A DNA stretch of 64,000 nt from positions 96,001 to 160,000 of the forward strand of contig CAVUKA010000003.1 of NCBI GenBank assembly GCA_963741945.1, given 5' to 3'. Position numbers and translations under genes: made by a program. Below are positions 50,198-59,688 of this stretch, piece by piece. This stretch comes from an uncultured Gemmatimonadales bacterium. Lineage in GTDB: Bacteria; Gemmatimonadota; Gemmatimonadetes; Longimicrobiales; RSA9. Under the pieces are notes generated by a model that was not told the DNA's origin, did not search any database, and saw only the letters and a program-made list of their open reading frames with translations. Position 1 is the stretch's first letter. Each line of letters begins with the position of its first letter.

Positions 50198-50707
50198 TCA
50201 GTCCACCGTGCCCATCCGTGACTCGCGCTCGAGCACCGCCCGCAGGAGCGAACGGTGCGTCGCGGTCAGGTACCCGGCCATCCCCATCACACCCAGCAGG
50301 CTCGAGGCCACCACGAGCCAGGGAGAAACGAGCGCGCCCGCCAGCACCGTCAGCGCCAGGACACCCGCATAGCTGAGCACGGCCGCCCCGACGAACAGGA
50401 AGAACCCGAGGTACCAGAAATCCGGATGCCGCTCGATCTCGTACACGAGCCACGCGGCGAAGAACCCGAAGCCCACGAACGCCAGCAGGTGCACGCCGTT
50501 GAACGCCAGGACGGGGGCGGACCCCATCACCAGAGCCTGCGCGTCCCGCAGCCCCCAGAACAACGCCTCTCCGAGCAGGGCGGCCGTGTACGCGGCCGGT
50601 CGTCCCGCGGCCACGTTCACCATCGCGAAGAAGATCACGACGATGGCATAGCCGATGATGCCGGCGGCCAGGCCATCACCCACGAGCCGGCTTCTCCTCT
50701 CGTCCAT
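50198..50707 (-). CDS. Hypothetical membrane protein (about 4 TM)
   Basis: GGAGG RBS; hydrophobic helices; co-oriented with the CBS and phosphatidyltransferase genes. Confidence 0.7.
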   Translation of the reverse strand: MDERRSRLVGDGLAAGIIGYAIVVIFFAMVNVAAGRPAAYTAALLGEALFWGLRDAQALVMGSAPVLAFNGVHLLAFVGFGFFAAWLVYEIERHPDFWYLGFFLFVGAAVLSYAGVLALTVLAGALVSPWLVVASSLLGVMGMAGYLTATHRSLLRAVLERESRMGTVD

Positions 50708-50717
50708 GAACGCCTCC

Positions 50718-51284
50718 TCAGAACCGAGGGGCCGAGCCGCAGCCGATTGCTCGCACCACGTCCGAGCTCGTGACGATCCCCAGCAGGTGATCCTTCTCCA
50801 CCACCAGGCACCGGTGGATGCGGCCGCCCGCGAGGAACCTCGCCAGATCCACCATGCTCGCGTCCGGTGGGATCGTGAACGTGGCCGCGGTCATGATGTC
50901 GCCCACCGTCGTGGCGTCCAGCACCGGCTCGCCCATCCCGCGAGCGGGGACCGCAGGCGGTTGCGCCGCGGCATCCTCGAACAGGCGTTGGAAGAGCGCG
51001 TCCTCTTCGGCCCCGCCGTCGAATCCGGGCACCTCCCAGAGCGGGTCCCCCGTCGGCACCTCGCCTTCCGACGACAGAAGCCGAAGCACGTCGGACGTCG
51101 AGACCACCCCCACGAGCTTTCCCTTCCCGTCCACGACGGGCGCCCCCGAAATCTGCTCTCGAACCAGCAGACGGACCAATGCGCACACTGACGCTCGGGG
51201 ATCGACTGTATGTACCGGATGCACCATGATGTCGCGGACCCGCAGCATCTCCACACCGGCCCGCTCCGATGCCTCTTCCGCCAT
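50718..51284 (-). CDS. CBS-domain pair protein
   Basis: VRDIM, ISGAPVVD, LVGVVSTSDV, VGDIMT, LLGIVTSSDV. Confidence 0.88.
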   Translation of the reverse strand: MAEEASERAGVEMLRVRDIMVHPVHTVDPRASVCALVRLLVREQISGAPVVDGKGKLVGVVSTSDVLRLLSSEGEVPTGDPLWEVPGFDGGAEEDALFQRLFEDAAAQPPAVPARGMGEPVLDATTVGDIMTAATFTIPPDASMVDLARFLAGGRIHRCLVVEKDHLLGIVTSSDVVRAIGCGSAPRF

Positions 51285-51484
51285 GGCCCCCTCCGTTCAC
51301 ACTGCGTCCGGGGCGACCGCCTGCGGCAGCGGACGCGTTTCCTGCAGATGCAGCCCCCCGCTGACAGGAGGGCGAGTGGTGAGCGGCCGGACCCTGCGCG
51401 CCGCCCTCCGACAATGTTGCGCCGGCACTGGCGAAGACGCCATCGGGAAAATCCGCATTCCATGTAGGAAATCGGCTGAATCCC

Positions 51485-51514
51485 TTGCATCACACGGGAC
51501 TCCAGGGGCATATT
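51485..51514 (+). promoter_or_regulatory. Putative sigma70 promoter
   Basis: TTGCAT (51485-51490), 18 bp, CATATT (51509-51514). Confidence 0.35.
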
Positions 51515-51520
51515 TCAACG

Positions 51521-51604
51521 GCCCAGAAAAGGGTGGAGCGGGACGAAGCGATCCCCCTCCACTGATAGACAGCCCGCCGGAGGGAGTCACTCCGTCGGGC
51601 TTTT
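51521..51604 (+). ncRNA. Candidate small RNA or attenuator (hairpin plus terminator hairpin)
   Basis: Hairpin 51533-51562 (GTGGAG-c-GGGA...TCCC-c-CTCCAC) and hairpin 51571-51601 followed by a T run. Confidence 0.35.
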
Positions 51605-51649
51605 CGCTTGATGGTCGGCCGACAGGGCTCAACGCAGCAAGGAGCAGGC

Positions 51650-51907
51650 ATGAGCGGCACGTACAGGCACCTGAGCCCCGGCCGGTATCGCTTGACTGTG
51701 GACGCCGGTCAGGGCCCGGCGGGGATCCGCCGCCCCGATGGCCATGATGTGGTGGTCGGAGTGGAGGGCGGCGTCCGAACCTTCTCCATCAACAATGGAG
51801 AACGGGTCTACTACTGGTGGCGCGGTCCGGCGCCGCGCACCGGTGTCCGGCTGGCTCCGACGGAGAGGTCGGGCTCCCGCCCGCTGGTGACGGTCCCGTC
51901 CGCTTAG
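51650..51907 (+). CDS. Small hypothetical protein (85 aa)
   Basis: AAGGAG RBS before ATG 51650; followed by a strong hairpin; no family recognised. Confidence 0.55.
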   Translation: MSGTYRHLSPGRYRLTVDAGQGPAGIRRPDGHDVVVGVEGGVRTFSINNGERVYYWWRGPAPRTGVRLAPTERSGSRPLVTVPSA

Positions 51908-51929
51908 CGAGGCCGGCTGGAAAGGAGAG

Positions 51930-51964
51930 AGGGGGGCGGGCCGTGCGTCACGGCCCGCCCCCCT
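51930..51964. terminator. Hairpin terminator between convergent genes
   Basis: AGGGGGGCGGGCCGTG-cgt-CACGGCCCGCCCCCCT flanked by purine and pyrimidine tracts. Confidence 0.7.
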
Positions 51965-51986
51965 TCCTTTCTCCCCGTGGAACGCC

Positions 51987-53165
51987 TCAGCCGTCGAGAT
52001 AGAGGATGTCCGCCGGGATCATGACCCATTCGCCGAGCGTCACGAGGTCGGAAAGTCCGATCCAGATCTGCTCGAGCGCCGTCACTTCCGGCTGCGTGAG
52101 TGCCGAACCGTCGCCCCGCAGGAACCGGGGGTCGCCATCGAAGCCTCCCACGCGCACCACTTCCCGCCCCTCCGTCCAAACGCCGCCATCCAGCGCATCG
52201 GTCTCGTCGATGCTCACGTCGAGCTGCACTTCCGAGGTCGTGCCCGGGTCGAACGAGCCGACGAACCGGAGCGTGGCCCAGGCCGCCGCGTTGAACGCGC
52301 TGCGCGCATCCACGGTCAGCAGCACCGGCGTGCCCGCCCCTGGCGTCTGGAGCGCGTAGTCCAGCACGAGCGCATCGGTGTTCCCGGCCTGGCTCCAGCT
52401 GTAGTCCTGGATCAGGTCGAACGCCACCTGGCTGGCGGGCTCACCGATTTCGCCCGTTGCATCCAGCGTCAGGCTCCCTTCCGACGTCGTCCCGGTCACG
52501 GACATGTCGACCGTGTAGTCGGCCAGGGTCACGGAGAAGGAGACGCCTGCTTCCACGACCCGCACGCCCACCCGCTCGGACAGCGTGCGGTCCTCGTCCG
52601 TGAGATCGATGTAGCCGATTTCGGTCAGTGGCTGTGACGGGTAGCCGCTGCTCGAGCTCATGGCGTAGAGCACGAGTCGGACGCCGTTTGCGGGGGCGCC
52701 CGGGCGGTCCGAGACCAGGTAGCCGGCGATGGGGTCCCAGACCAGTGTGTAGCCGCGGATCCCCGCGGGCATGGTCACTCTCGCCTGCGTCCGGCTCTCG
52801 CCCGCCGGGGTGCCGCGGCGGGCCAGAATCGCGTCGGCCGCCGCCCGGAATCGTTCGGGCCCCGGTACGAGCCGGGCCTGTGGCCGCCCCCACGCCCGCA
52901 GCGCCGGCTCGAGCGCTGCCGCGCCGGCGGCCAGAGCGGCGGCGCTCGTGCCGTAGCCGTAGTCGGCCACGGTCGCCGTGGCCAGGCTGAGGCCGAGGAA
53001 CGCGTTCTCGCTGGCGTTCAGCGGGTCCACCACTGCGTTCAGCTGCTGCAGTGTGCGCGTGGGGTCGTAGTCGGGGAGCGGCTCGACAGGGGTGTCGCCG
53101 CACGCCCCCAGGAAGACGGCCGAGGCCGTCAGCAGCACCGGTCGGACGCGCGTCAGCGTGGTCAT
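51987..53165 (-). CDS. Hypothetical lipoprotein (392 aa)
   Basis: Signal peptide and lipobox FLGAC; GGAG RBS; long GC3-biased ORF. Confidence 0.75.
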   Translation of the reverse strand: MTTLTRVRPVLLTASAVFLGACGDTPVEPLPDYDPTRTLQQLNAVVDPLNASENAFLGLSLATATVADYGYGTSAAALAAGAAALEPALRAWGRPQARLVPGPERFRAAADAILARRGTPAGESRTQARVTMPAGIRGYTLVWDPIAGYLVSDRPGAPANGVRLVLYAMSSSSGYPSQPLTEIGYIDLTDEDRTLSERVGVRVVEAGVSFSVTLADYTVDMSVTGTTSEGSLTLDATGEIGEPASQVAFDLIQDYSWSQAGNTDALVLDYALQTPGAGTPVLLTVDARSAFNAAAWATLRFVGSFDPGTTSEVQLDVSIDETDALDGGVWTEGREVVRVGGFDGDPRFLRGDGSALTQPEVTALEQIWIGLSDLVTLGEWVMIPADILYLDG

Positions 53166-53193
53166 ACGACTGCTCCGTTCGGAGGAGTGCGGG

Positions 53194-53227
53194 AAAGGGG
53201 GCGGTCCTCTCTGGTAGGACCGCCCCC
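53194..53227 (-). terminator. Terminator downstream of purH
   Basis: 12-bp stem GGGGGCGGTCCT/AGGACCGCCCCC, followed by TTT on the minus strand. Confidence 0.6.
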
Positions 53228-53260
53228 GGGCAAAAGTTCCCGCAAACGTCCCCGCAGTCG

Positions 53261-54829
53261 TCAGTGCCGGAACACTCGCCGCCCCGTGAACACCATCGCC
53301 ATCCCGTGCTCGTCCGCCGCGGCGATCACCTCTTCATCGCGGACTGAGCCGCCCGGCTGGATGATGGCCGAGACGCCCGCCTCCGCGGCCGCATCCACAC
53401 CATCACGGAAGGGGAAGAACGCATCCGAAGCCATGATCGCGCCGGACAGGTCCACCCCCTGGTCGTGCGCTTTCATGACCGCGAGCCGGGAGGAGTCCAC
53501 CCTGCTCATCTGGCCGGCGCCGATCCCCACGGTGCGACGATCCTTTGCCAGCACGATGGCGTTCGACTTCACCAGGGCCACGGCCCGCCAGCCGAAGCGC
53601 AGGTCCCCCCATTCCGCTTCCGATGGGGCACGGCCGGTGATCACGCGCCACTCTCCCTCCGGGAACTCCAGCCGCATCCTGGCCTGCACCAGCAGACCGC
53701 CGCGAACGCGTCGGTAGTCTTTCTCCCCCGTGGACGAAGACGCCACCGGCAGCTCCAGCAGCCGCAGGTTCTTCTTCTGTCCCAGGATCTCCCGCGCGTC
53801 CGCATCGAAGCCGGGCGCCACGATCACTTCCAGGAAATGCGACGCCATGGCCTCCGCGGCCACTGCGTCCACGGGAATGTTGAGGGCGACGATGCCGCCG
53901 AACGCCGACGCCGGATCGCACGCCAGCGCGCGGCGGTATGCGTCCGCCCCATCGTCGCCGAGCGCCAGTCCGCAGGGCGTGGTGTGCTTCACGATGCAGC
54001 ACGCCACTGCCTCGTTCGCCTGCCACGCGCCCGCGCCCATGACCGCGCCATCCACGTCGATCAGGTTGTTGTACGAGAGCTCCTTCCCGTGCAGCTGCCG
54101 CAGCCGGGGAACGCTGTCCGAGGGCGCCGACCGCTCCGCGTAGAAGGCTGCAGGCTGATCGGGGTTTTCGCCATAACGGAGCTCCTGGACTTTCTCGAGC
54201 TCCAGCACGAGCGACGACGGGAACTCGCCGTCAGCGCCGAGCTCCGCGTCCGGCTCCTCCTGCCGCCGAAAGTAGCCGGCAATGGCGGCATCGTAATCGG
54301 CCGTGTGCGCGAACACCTTGCCGGCCAGCGCGCGGCGCAGCGCAGTGTCGACGCCGCTCCCGCCGAGTGCGTCGAGCACTCGGCCGTAGTCGGCCGGGTC
54401 CACCACCACCAGCACACGGTCGTGGTTCTTGGCTGCCGACCGCAGCATGGTTGGACCGCCTATGTCGATGTTCTCCATGGCAGTCTCGAAGTCGGCGCCC
54501 CCGGCGACGGTCTCCCGGAACGGATAGAGATTGACCACTACCAGGTCGAACGGCGCATAGCCGTGCCGCTCCAGCGCGTCCGCGTCCTCCTGGTGCCCGG
54601 CGCGCGCCAGAATGCCGGCGTGGACCGCCGGGTGGAGCGTCTTCACCCGGCCGTCCATCATCTCCGGGTGCCCTGTCACTTCGCTCACATCCCCCACGTC
54701 GAGCCCCGCTTCCCGGAGCATGGACGCTGTGCCCCCGGTGGAAACCAGCTCCCACCCCAGGCCTGCCAGGCCGCGGGCGAACTCGGCCACACCGCTCTTG
54801 TCGGAAACGCTCAGGATCGCTCTCGGCAT
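53261..54829 (-). CDS. purH: Bifunctional AICAR transformylase/IMP cyclohydrolase
   Basis: AILSVSDK, GRVKTLHP, IDIGGP, LRYGENP, VKSNAI, GAGQMSR, SDAFFPF, RVFRH. Confidence 0.97.
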   Translation of the reverse strand: MPRAILSVSDKSGVAEFARGLAGLGWELVSTGGTASMLREAGLDVGDVSEVTGHPEMMDGRVKTLHPAVHAGILARAGHQEDADALERHGYAPFDLVVVNLYPFRETVAGGADFETAMENIDIGGPTMLRSAAKNHDRVLVVVDPADYGRVLDALGGSGVDTALRRALAGKVFAHTADYDAAIAGYFRRQEEPDAELGADGEFPSSLVLELEKVQELRYGENPDQPAAFYAERSAPSDSVPRLRQLHGKELSYNNLIDVDGAVMGAGAWQANEAVACCIVKHTTPCGLALGDDGADAYRRALACDPASAFGGIVALNIPVDAVAAEAMASHFLEVIVAPGFDADAREILGQKKNLRLLELPVASSSTGEKDYRRVRGGLLVQARMRLEFPEGEWRVITGRAPSEAEWGDLRFGWRAVALVKSNAIVLAKDRRTVGIGAGQMSRVDSSRLAVMKAHDQGVDLSGAIMASDAFFPFRDGVDAAAEAGVSAIIQPGGSVRDEEVIAAADEHGMAMVFTGRRVFRH

Positions 54830-54841
54830 CGGTTCTCCGGT

Positions 54842-55561
54842 TCAGTCGAGCCCGAACAGCCGGCGAACTCCGCGGGCGTCCGGCTTGTCGCTCTCATCCA
54901 GGCAGAAGCCCACGTTCTCGCTCACCGCGAGCGGTGTGGCGTTCCGCACGGCCTCGATCGCACTCTCTCCCTCGGCCGCCGCCAGCACGTGGGCGAGCCA
55001 TTCCACGGCCGTCGGATAGAGAACGTGCTCCACGCGCAGGACGCGACTGGCCAGCGTCTCCGGCGTGTCGTCCTCCAGCACGGGGACAGGCCACTGGGCC
55101 AGCACTCGCCCGGCGTCGTAGCGTTCGTTCACGAAGTGCACGGTGGCACCGGTGATCCGGCAGCCGGAGTCGAGCACGGCTCTGTGCACTTTCCTCCCGT
55201 ACATCCCCTTCCCTCCGAACGCGGGCAGCAGGGCCGGGTGGATGTTGAGGATGCGGTAGGCGAAGCGCCGCACCACATCCGCCGGCAGGAGCCGGACATA
55301 GCCGGCCAGCGCCACCACGTCCGCGGAAGCGGACCCCAGCGCGTCCAGGAGATCGGCCGTCACCGCCGCGATCGGGCGGGTCTTCACCGGAATCACGTGC
55401 GCCGGGATCCCGGCGCTCCGCGCCCGCGCCTCGGCGCCGGTGTCCGGCCGGTCCGTCACGACCAGCGCGATCCGCGCCAGCTGACTCGCCTGGAAATGAT
55501 CCATCAGCGCCTGGAGGTTCGTTCCGCCTCCAGACGCGAACACCGCGATGCGTACGCTCAT
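54842..55561 (-). CDS. purN: Phosphoribosylglycinamide formyltransferase
   Basis: FASGGGTNLQAL, LAGYV, LNIHPALLP, GATVHFV...YDAG. Confidence 0.95.
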   Translation of the reverse strand: MSVRIAVFASGGGTNLQALMDHFQASQLARIALVVTDRPDTGAEARARSAGIPAHVIPVKTRPIAAVTADLLDALGSASADVVALAGYVRLLPADVVRRFAYRILNIHPALLPAFGGKGMYGRKVHRAVLDSGCRITGATVHFVNERYDAGRVLAQWPVPVLEDDTPETLASRVLRVEHVLYPTAVEWLAHVLAAAEGESAIEAVRNATPLAVSENVGFCLDESDKPDARGVRRLFGLD

Positions 55562-56223
55562 GCCAGCTCCCCCGGGAAATTGGGTGACAGGAACGGGTTC
55601 GTACGACGCTCCCGACCGACCGTGGTCACCGGTCCATGCCCGGAGTACAGCCGGGTTTCGTCCGGTAACGTGAGCACCTGCTGACGAATCGAGCGGAACA
55701 GCTCCGTCGCGCTCCCTCCGGGCAGGTCCGTGCGACCCACGGCCCCCTCGAACACGACGTCGCCCACGAACGCCACGCCCGCTTCCCCGCTGTACAGGAT
55801 GACGTGGCCCGGCGAATGGCCGGGCGCGTGCCGCACGTCCAGCGCGCACGCCCCGATCGCCACCGTCTGGCCCGCAGTCAGGTCGGCATCGGGCGGTGGT
55901 GGATCTTCCACGGGATACCCGAACATCTCGCCCTGTTCCACGACGGCGTCGTAGAGGGGCCGGTCCGCGGGGTGCAGATGGATCGGCGCGGGGACGCGCC
56001 TCGCCAGCTCCGCGACGCCCTCCACGTGGTCCAGGTGGGCGTGCGTCAGCAGGATCGCCACGAGCGGCTCGCCCGCTTCTTTGAGCGCGGCCGCCATGGC
56101 CCCCGCTTCGGCGCCCGGATCAATGGCGGCCCATTCGCCGCTGCGGTTGCAGCGCACCAGATACGCGTTCTCACCGAACGCCCGGGATGTGAACGTCAGG
56201 ATCTTCAGCGGTTCCGCCGTCAT
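55558..56223 (-). CDS. Metallo-beta-lactamase fold hydrolase (glyoxalase II/YcbL-like)
   Basis: THAHLDH, PGHSPG, GDVVF..GRTDLPGG, SGHG. Confidence 0.9.
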   Translation of the reverse strand: MTAEPLKILTFTSRAFGENAYLVRCNRSGEWAAIDPGAEAGAMAAALKEAGEPLVAILLTHAHLDHVEGVAELARRVPAPIHLHPADRPLYDAVVEQGEMFGYPVEDPPPPDADLTAGQTVAIGACALDVRHAPGHSPGHVILYSGEAGVAFVGDVVFEGAVGRTDLPGGSATELFRSIRQQVLTLPDETRLYSGHGPVTTVGRERRTNPFLSPNFPGELA

Positions 56224-56260
56224 GCGCCCCCGTTTCACGGTCTGGCCGGGGGTCAAGCTA

Positions 56261-58426
56261 TCACGACAGCGGGGCCGGGTCCACACGCGCAGCCGGGACG
56301 AGCGGCAATTCGAGGGTGAATTCGCTCCAGCTCCCTTCTTCGCTCTCCAGCCGTATGTCGCCACCCAGCAACCGCGCCAGTCGTCGTGCCACGGCCAGGC
56401 CCAGCCCCGTGCCCCCCCTCTCGGGCCGGCACCCGCTCTCCACTCGCCAGTACGGCTCGAAGACCTTCTCCCGGTGCACGGCCGCGATCCCCGCTCCGGT
56501 ATCCCGAACCCGGCAGCGGATGCGGTCTCCCGCCGATTCGAGCGCCAGCTCGACCCACCCCGATCGGGTGTACTTCACTGCGTTCGAGAGCAGGTTGATC
56601 AGGATCTGCCGCACTTTCGGCGCATCGGTGCTCACGTGGAGCGGCGCGTCGGGCAAGCGGGTCCGCAGCGAGAGACCGGCCGCGTCGGCCATGGGCCGCA
56701 CCAGCTCCGCCGCTTCTCCCACGAGCGCTACCATCTCAACGGCCGCGGTCCGCACCCGCTCCTCCCGACCCGCCTCCATTCTTGCAAACGTCAGGACCTC
56801 GTCCACCAGGTACGACAGGTGGCGCACGCTCGCCTTCACCCGGTCCAGGTGCTCGCGCTGCCTGGCGTTCACGGGGCCATGGACCGCCGCGCTCAGGAGG
56901 TCCGTGTAGCCGAGGATCGCGCTCAGCGGAGTCCTGAACTCGTGCGACACCACGGCCAGGAAGCTCGCCTTGGACTGGTCCGCGAGCCGCGCATGTTCGT
57001 ACAGCAGCGCGTTGTCCAGCGCGAGCGCCGCCCGCCGCGCGACCTCCTCGAGCAGTTGCCGCTCCGACTGTCCCCAGCCGCCGCCGGCCCGCACCACCAT
57101 GACCGCCCCGAGCACGCGTTCGCGCACAACCAGCGGGAACACCAGCGCGCACCCTGATCCCAGCGCGGCCAGGCTCGCCTCCCGCCCCTCCGGGTGCCCG
57201 GACACGCTCCCCTCCAGCGCCAGATCCGCGGCTTCATCCACGGCCACGGTCGTTCGACCGCGCACCGCCCGGGAGACCGCATGGTCCTGTGACAGCTCCA
57301 CGGTTCCGACGGCGAGCGGGGCCATCAGCGCCGCCCTGGCCACCTCGGCGTGCGCGGCCGCGGCACGCTCCAGAACGGTCGCGGTCATCCGGTAGACAAC
57401 GCACCAGTCCGCGTGCCGCCTCACCAGCAGATTCGCCAGCGCCCCGAGCGTCGATGCCGCGTCCAGCGAGCCGTGCAGCACGCCCGTGGCCTCCTCCAGG
57501 AAGTCACGGCGTCCGGCTTCCGCGCGCGCTTCGGTGACGTCGAGCACCGTGGCCACCGCAGCCAGGTGACGGCCCTGTCCGTCACACACCGGGGCCGAGC
57601 TCATGTGCACGGTCCCGGTGCTCCCGTCCCCCCGCCGGATCACGACATCCTCCCCCAGCACCGTTTCGCCCTGGCTGACCGTCCGCGCCAGCGGCCACGC
57701 CGATGGCGCCAGCGGGGACCCGTCCGCGTCGAGCCCGCCCCAGTCCCGGTAATCCTCCAGTGACCCGGCGTTCTCGAAGGGCCGCCCCCAGATCCTCGAC
57801 ACCTGGGAATTCGACAGCAGTACGCGCCCGCTGGGGACATCGGCCAGGAGGACGCCGGCCGGAAGCTGCTTCACGACGGATTCCAGCACCGAGCGCTCCG
57901 CCTCGAACCGCAACAGAAGCTCCGCGCGGTCCTGGTCCGTCCGCTCCCGCCACACTGCGAACGCAAGGTAGGACGCCACGGCCGCCATCACCCGCACCTC
58001 GCTCGCCTCGAACGGCTCCGCCCGAGTCCGCAACAGCACGATCTCACCCACCAGGTGGCCGCGGTGCACCAGCGGGACGCACGCGAGCGCGCGGATGCCC
58101 TCGCGCGACAACGTCTGCCGGACTACCGCCACTCGCGCATCAGACCCCACGTCCGCCACCACCACCGGCTCCGCGCCCCGGGCATCCATCGGCCACGGTG
58201 CGAAACCTTCCAGCCCCTCCTCGCCATCCTTCGACAGACCCTGCGACACCTCGATCCCCATCTGCTTCGCGTCGGCCAGCATCAGCACGCCGCCGCTCGC
58301 GTCCATCGCCCCGCAGAGAGATTCGAGGGCGTCACGCTGCACCAGGGCGGCAGGGTCGGGTCCCTGCACCCGCTCGGCGATCGAGAGGAGGAGCGTGAGC
58401 TCCCTCAGCTGTTTCTGATCCTTCAT
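56261..58426 (-). CDS. Cytoplasmic sensor histidine kinase (GAF-PAS-GAF-HisKA-HATPase)
   Basis: H-box SHEFRTPL, N-box NLLSNAVKYT, DTGAGI, GTGLGL; GAF-type ends LALDNALLY; no TM. Confidence 0.9.
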   Translation of the reverse strand: MKDQKQLRELTLLLSIAERVQGPDPAALVQRDALESLCGAMDASGGVLMLADAKQMGIEVSQGLSKDGEEGLEGFAPWPMDARGAEPVVVADVGSDARVAVVRQTLSREGIRALACVPLVHRGHLVGEIVLLRTRAEPFEASEVRVMAAVASYLAFAVWRERTDQDRAELLLRFEAERSVLESVVKQLPAGVLLADVPSGRVLLSNSQVSRIWGRPFENAGSLEDYRDWGGLDADGSPLAPSAWPLARTVSQGETVLGEDVVIRRGDGSTGTVHMSSAPVCDGQGRHLAAVATVLDVTEARAEAGRRDFLEEATGVLHGSLDAASTLGALANLLVRRHADWCVVYRMTATVLERAAAAHAEVARAALMAPLAVGTVELSQDHAVSRAVRGRTTVAVDEAADLALEGSVSGHPEGREASLAALGSGCALVFPLVVRERVLGAVMVVRAGGGWGQSERQLLEEVARRAALALDNALLYEHARLADQSKASFLAVVSHEFRTPLSAILGYTDLLSAAVHGPVNARQREHLDRVKASVRHLSYLVDEVLTFARMEAGREERVRTAAVEMVALVGEAAELVRPMADAAGLSLRTRLPDAPLHVSTDAPKVRQILINLLSNAVKYTRSGWVELALESAGDRIRCRVRDTGAGIAAVHREKVFEPYWRVESGCRPERGGTGLGLAVARRLARLLGGDIRLESEEGSWSEFTLELPLVPAARVDPAPLS

Positions 58427-58613
58427 GAGATGGGAACCGTGCGGAGCCGGACTCGTCGGAAGCGGAGGCGCCGCGCTTCGGCTTATCTGCGCAAGGGTGG
58501 AACTGCCGGGATGGCTCCCAATATCGTCGCCGGCGCACGAACGGGCAACGATTTTCCGTCCGGCGCCGCCCGGTTCCGCCAGTCCCCGGCCCGCGCTCCA
58601 GAGATGGATGCGA

Positions 58614-58647
58614 ACGGGGCCCGGACGCGTGTGCGTCCGGGCCCCGT
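58614..58647 (-). terminator. Hairpin after iscA
   Basis: 15-bp perfect stem ACGGGGCCCGGACGC-gtgt-GCGTCCGGGCCCCGT. Confidence 0.6.
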
Positions 58648-58668
58648 CTCTCGCGACGGATCAGGCGG

Positions 58669-58998
58669 TCAGGCGGTGAACGAGCTCCCGCAGCCGCAGC
58701 CACCCGTTGCATTCGGGTTCTTGAACGTGAAGCCCGACCCCATCATGGTGGTGACGTAGTCGATCTCCACGCCATCCAGATACTGCCCGCTGAAGGGGTC
58801 GACGAAGAGGCGGAGCCCGTTCAGATCGAGGACGTCGTCGTCATCCTGGGGCTCGTCCTCGATGTTCAGCCCGTACTGAAACCCGGAGCACCCACCCGGG
58901 AGAACGGCCACTCGCAGTCCGGCCGTGTCCGTTGCGCCCTGCTCCTCCATGAACTTCTGCACCTCCGCCACCGCATTGGGCGTGACCGTGATGGTCAT
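58669..58998 (-). CDS. iscA: A-type Fe-S carrier (IscA/ErpA/HesB family)
   Basis: GGCSGFQY, FKNPNATGGCGCGSSF; GGAGG RBS. Confidence 0.92.
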   Translation of the reverse strand: MTITVTPNAVAEVQKFMEEQGATDTAGLRVAVLPGGCSGFQYGLNIEDEPQDDDDVLDLNGLRLFVDPFSGQYLDGVEIDYVTTMMGSGFTFKNPNATGGCGCGSSFTA

Positions 58999-59050
58999 GG
59001 CTCCTCCCTGCTCGTTTCCCGTTCAGTGATCCGACGCAACCGTGTACCCC

Positions 59051-59660
59051 CTATGGGGGTGCAGGTTTCGCGCCTACGTTATCGGCGCCGGCCCGGGGTG
59101 TCAACGCCGCCCGGCCGGGCGAGCACCGCCTCGGCCGCAACCTGCAGATCGCGGACCACCTGCACCTCCTGCGGCGCCTCGCGCCCCTCCTCCCGACCAT
59201 AGCCGGTGGTGACGAGGATCGCTCGGGCGCCCCAGCGCGAGGCCGCGCTGATGTCGCGGAGCCGATCGCCGATGAAGACCGAGCGGGCGAGGTCGAGACC
59301 CAGCTCCCGCGCCGCCCGCTCGAAAAGGCCCGGCCTGGGCTTGCGGCACTCGCAGGGGCCGGTGAATTCCGGGTGGTGTGGACAGTGGTAGCTGCCTGCG
59401 ATCGCCACGTCAGCATCGCCGAGGCGGCGCACCATCTCGCGCTGAACGGCCACGTAGTCCGCCTCGGCGTACAGGCCGCGGGCGATCCCGGACTGGTTCG
59501 ACACCACCACCAGGACGTAGCCGGCCTCCTGCAGCCGGCGGAGCCCTTGCACGGCGCCCGGCAGCAGCTCGACCCCCTGCGGGTCCGAAAGGTACTCCCG
59601 CTCACGGATGATCGTCCCGTCCCGATCCAGGAATGCCGCCGGTCGGCCGCGCGGACGCAT
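59051..59660 (-). CDS. gmhB: D,D-heptose 1,7-bisphosphate phosphatase (HAD IIIA)
   Basis: FLDRDGTI, VSNQSGIARG, CPHHP...CECRKPRPG, IGDRLRD. The coding frame stops at 59079; the start may be 59696. Confidence 0.85.
59076..59104 (-). promoter_or_regulatory. Putative sigma70 promoter of iscA at the 3' end of gmhB
   Basis: Minus strand TTGACA, 17 bp, TAACGT. Confidence 0.55.
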
Positions 59661-59688
59661 CGCAGCCTCTTCGGTGCGGTGGACCCGC

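Noticed and set aside
53222-53260. GGGCAAA...CGCAAA resembling a c-di-GMP-I riboswitch
   Set aside because: Wrong strand for the flanking genes, no GNRA-capped P2 stem, and it overlaps the purH terminator.
54829-54842. ZTP (pfl) riboswitch before purH
   Set aside because: Only 12 bp separate purN and purH; there is no room.
58669-58998. Possible selenoprotein near selA (HesB-like; also TlpA and thioredoxin)
   Set aside because: All active-site positions are Cys codons; no in-frame UGA is needed.
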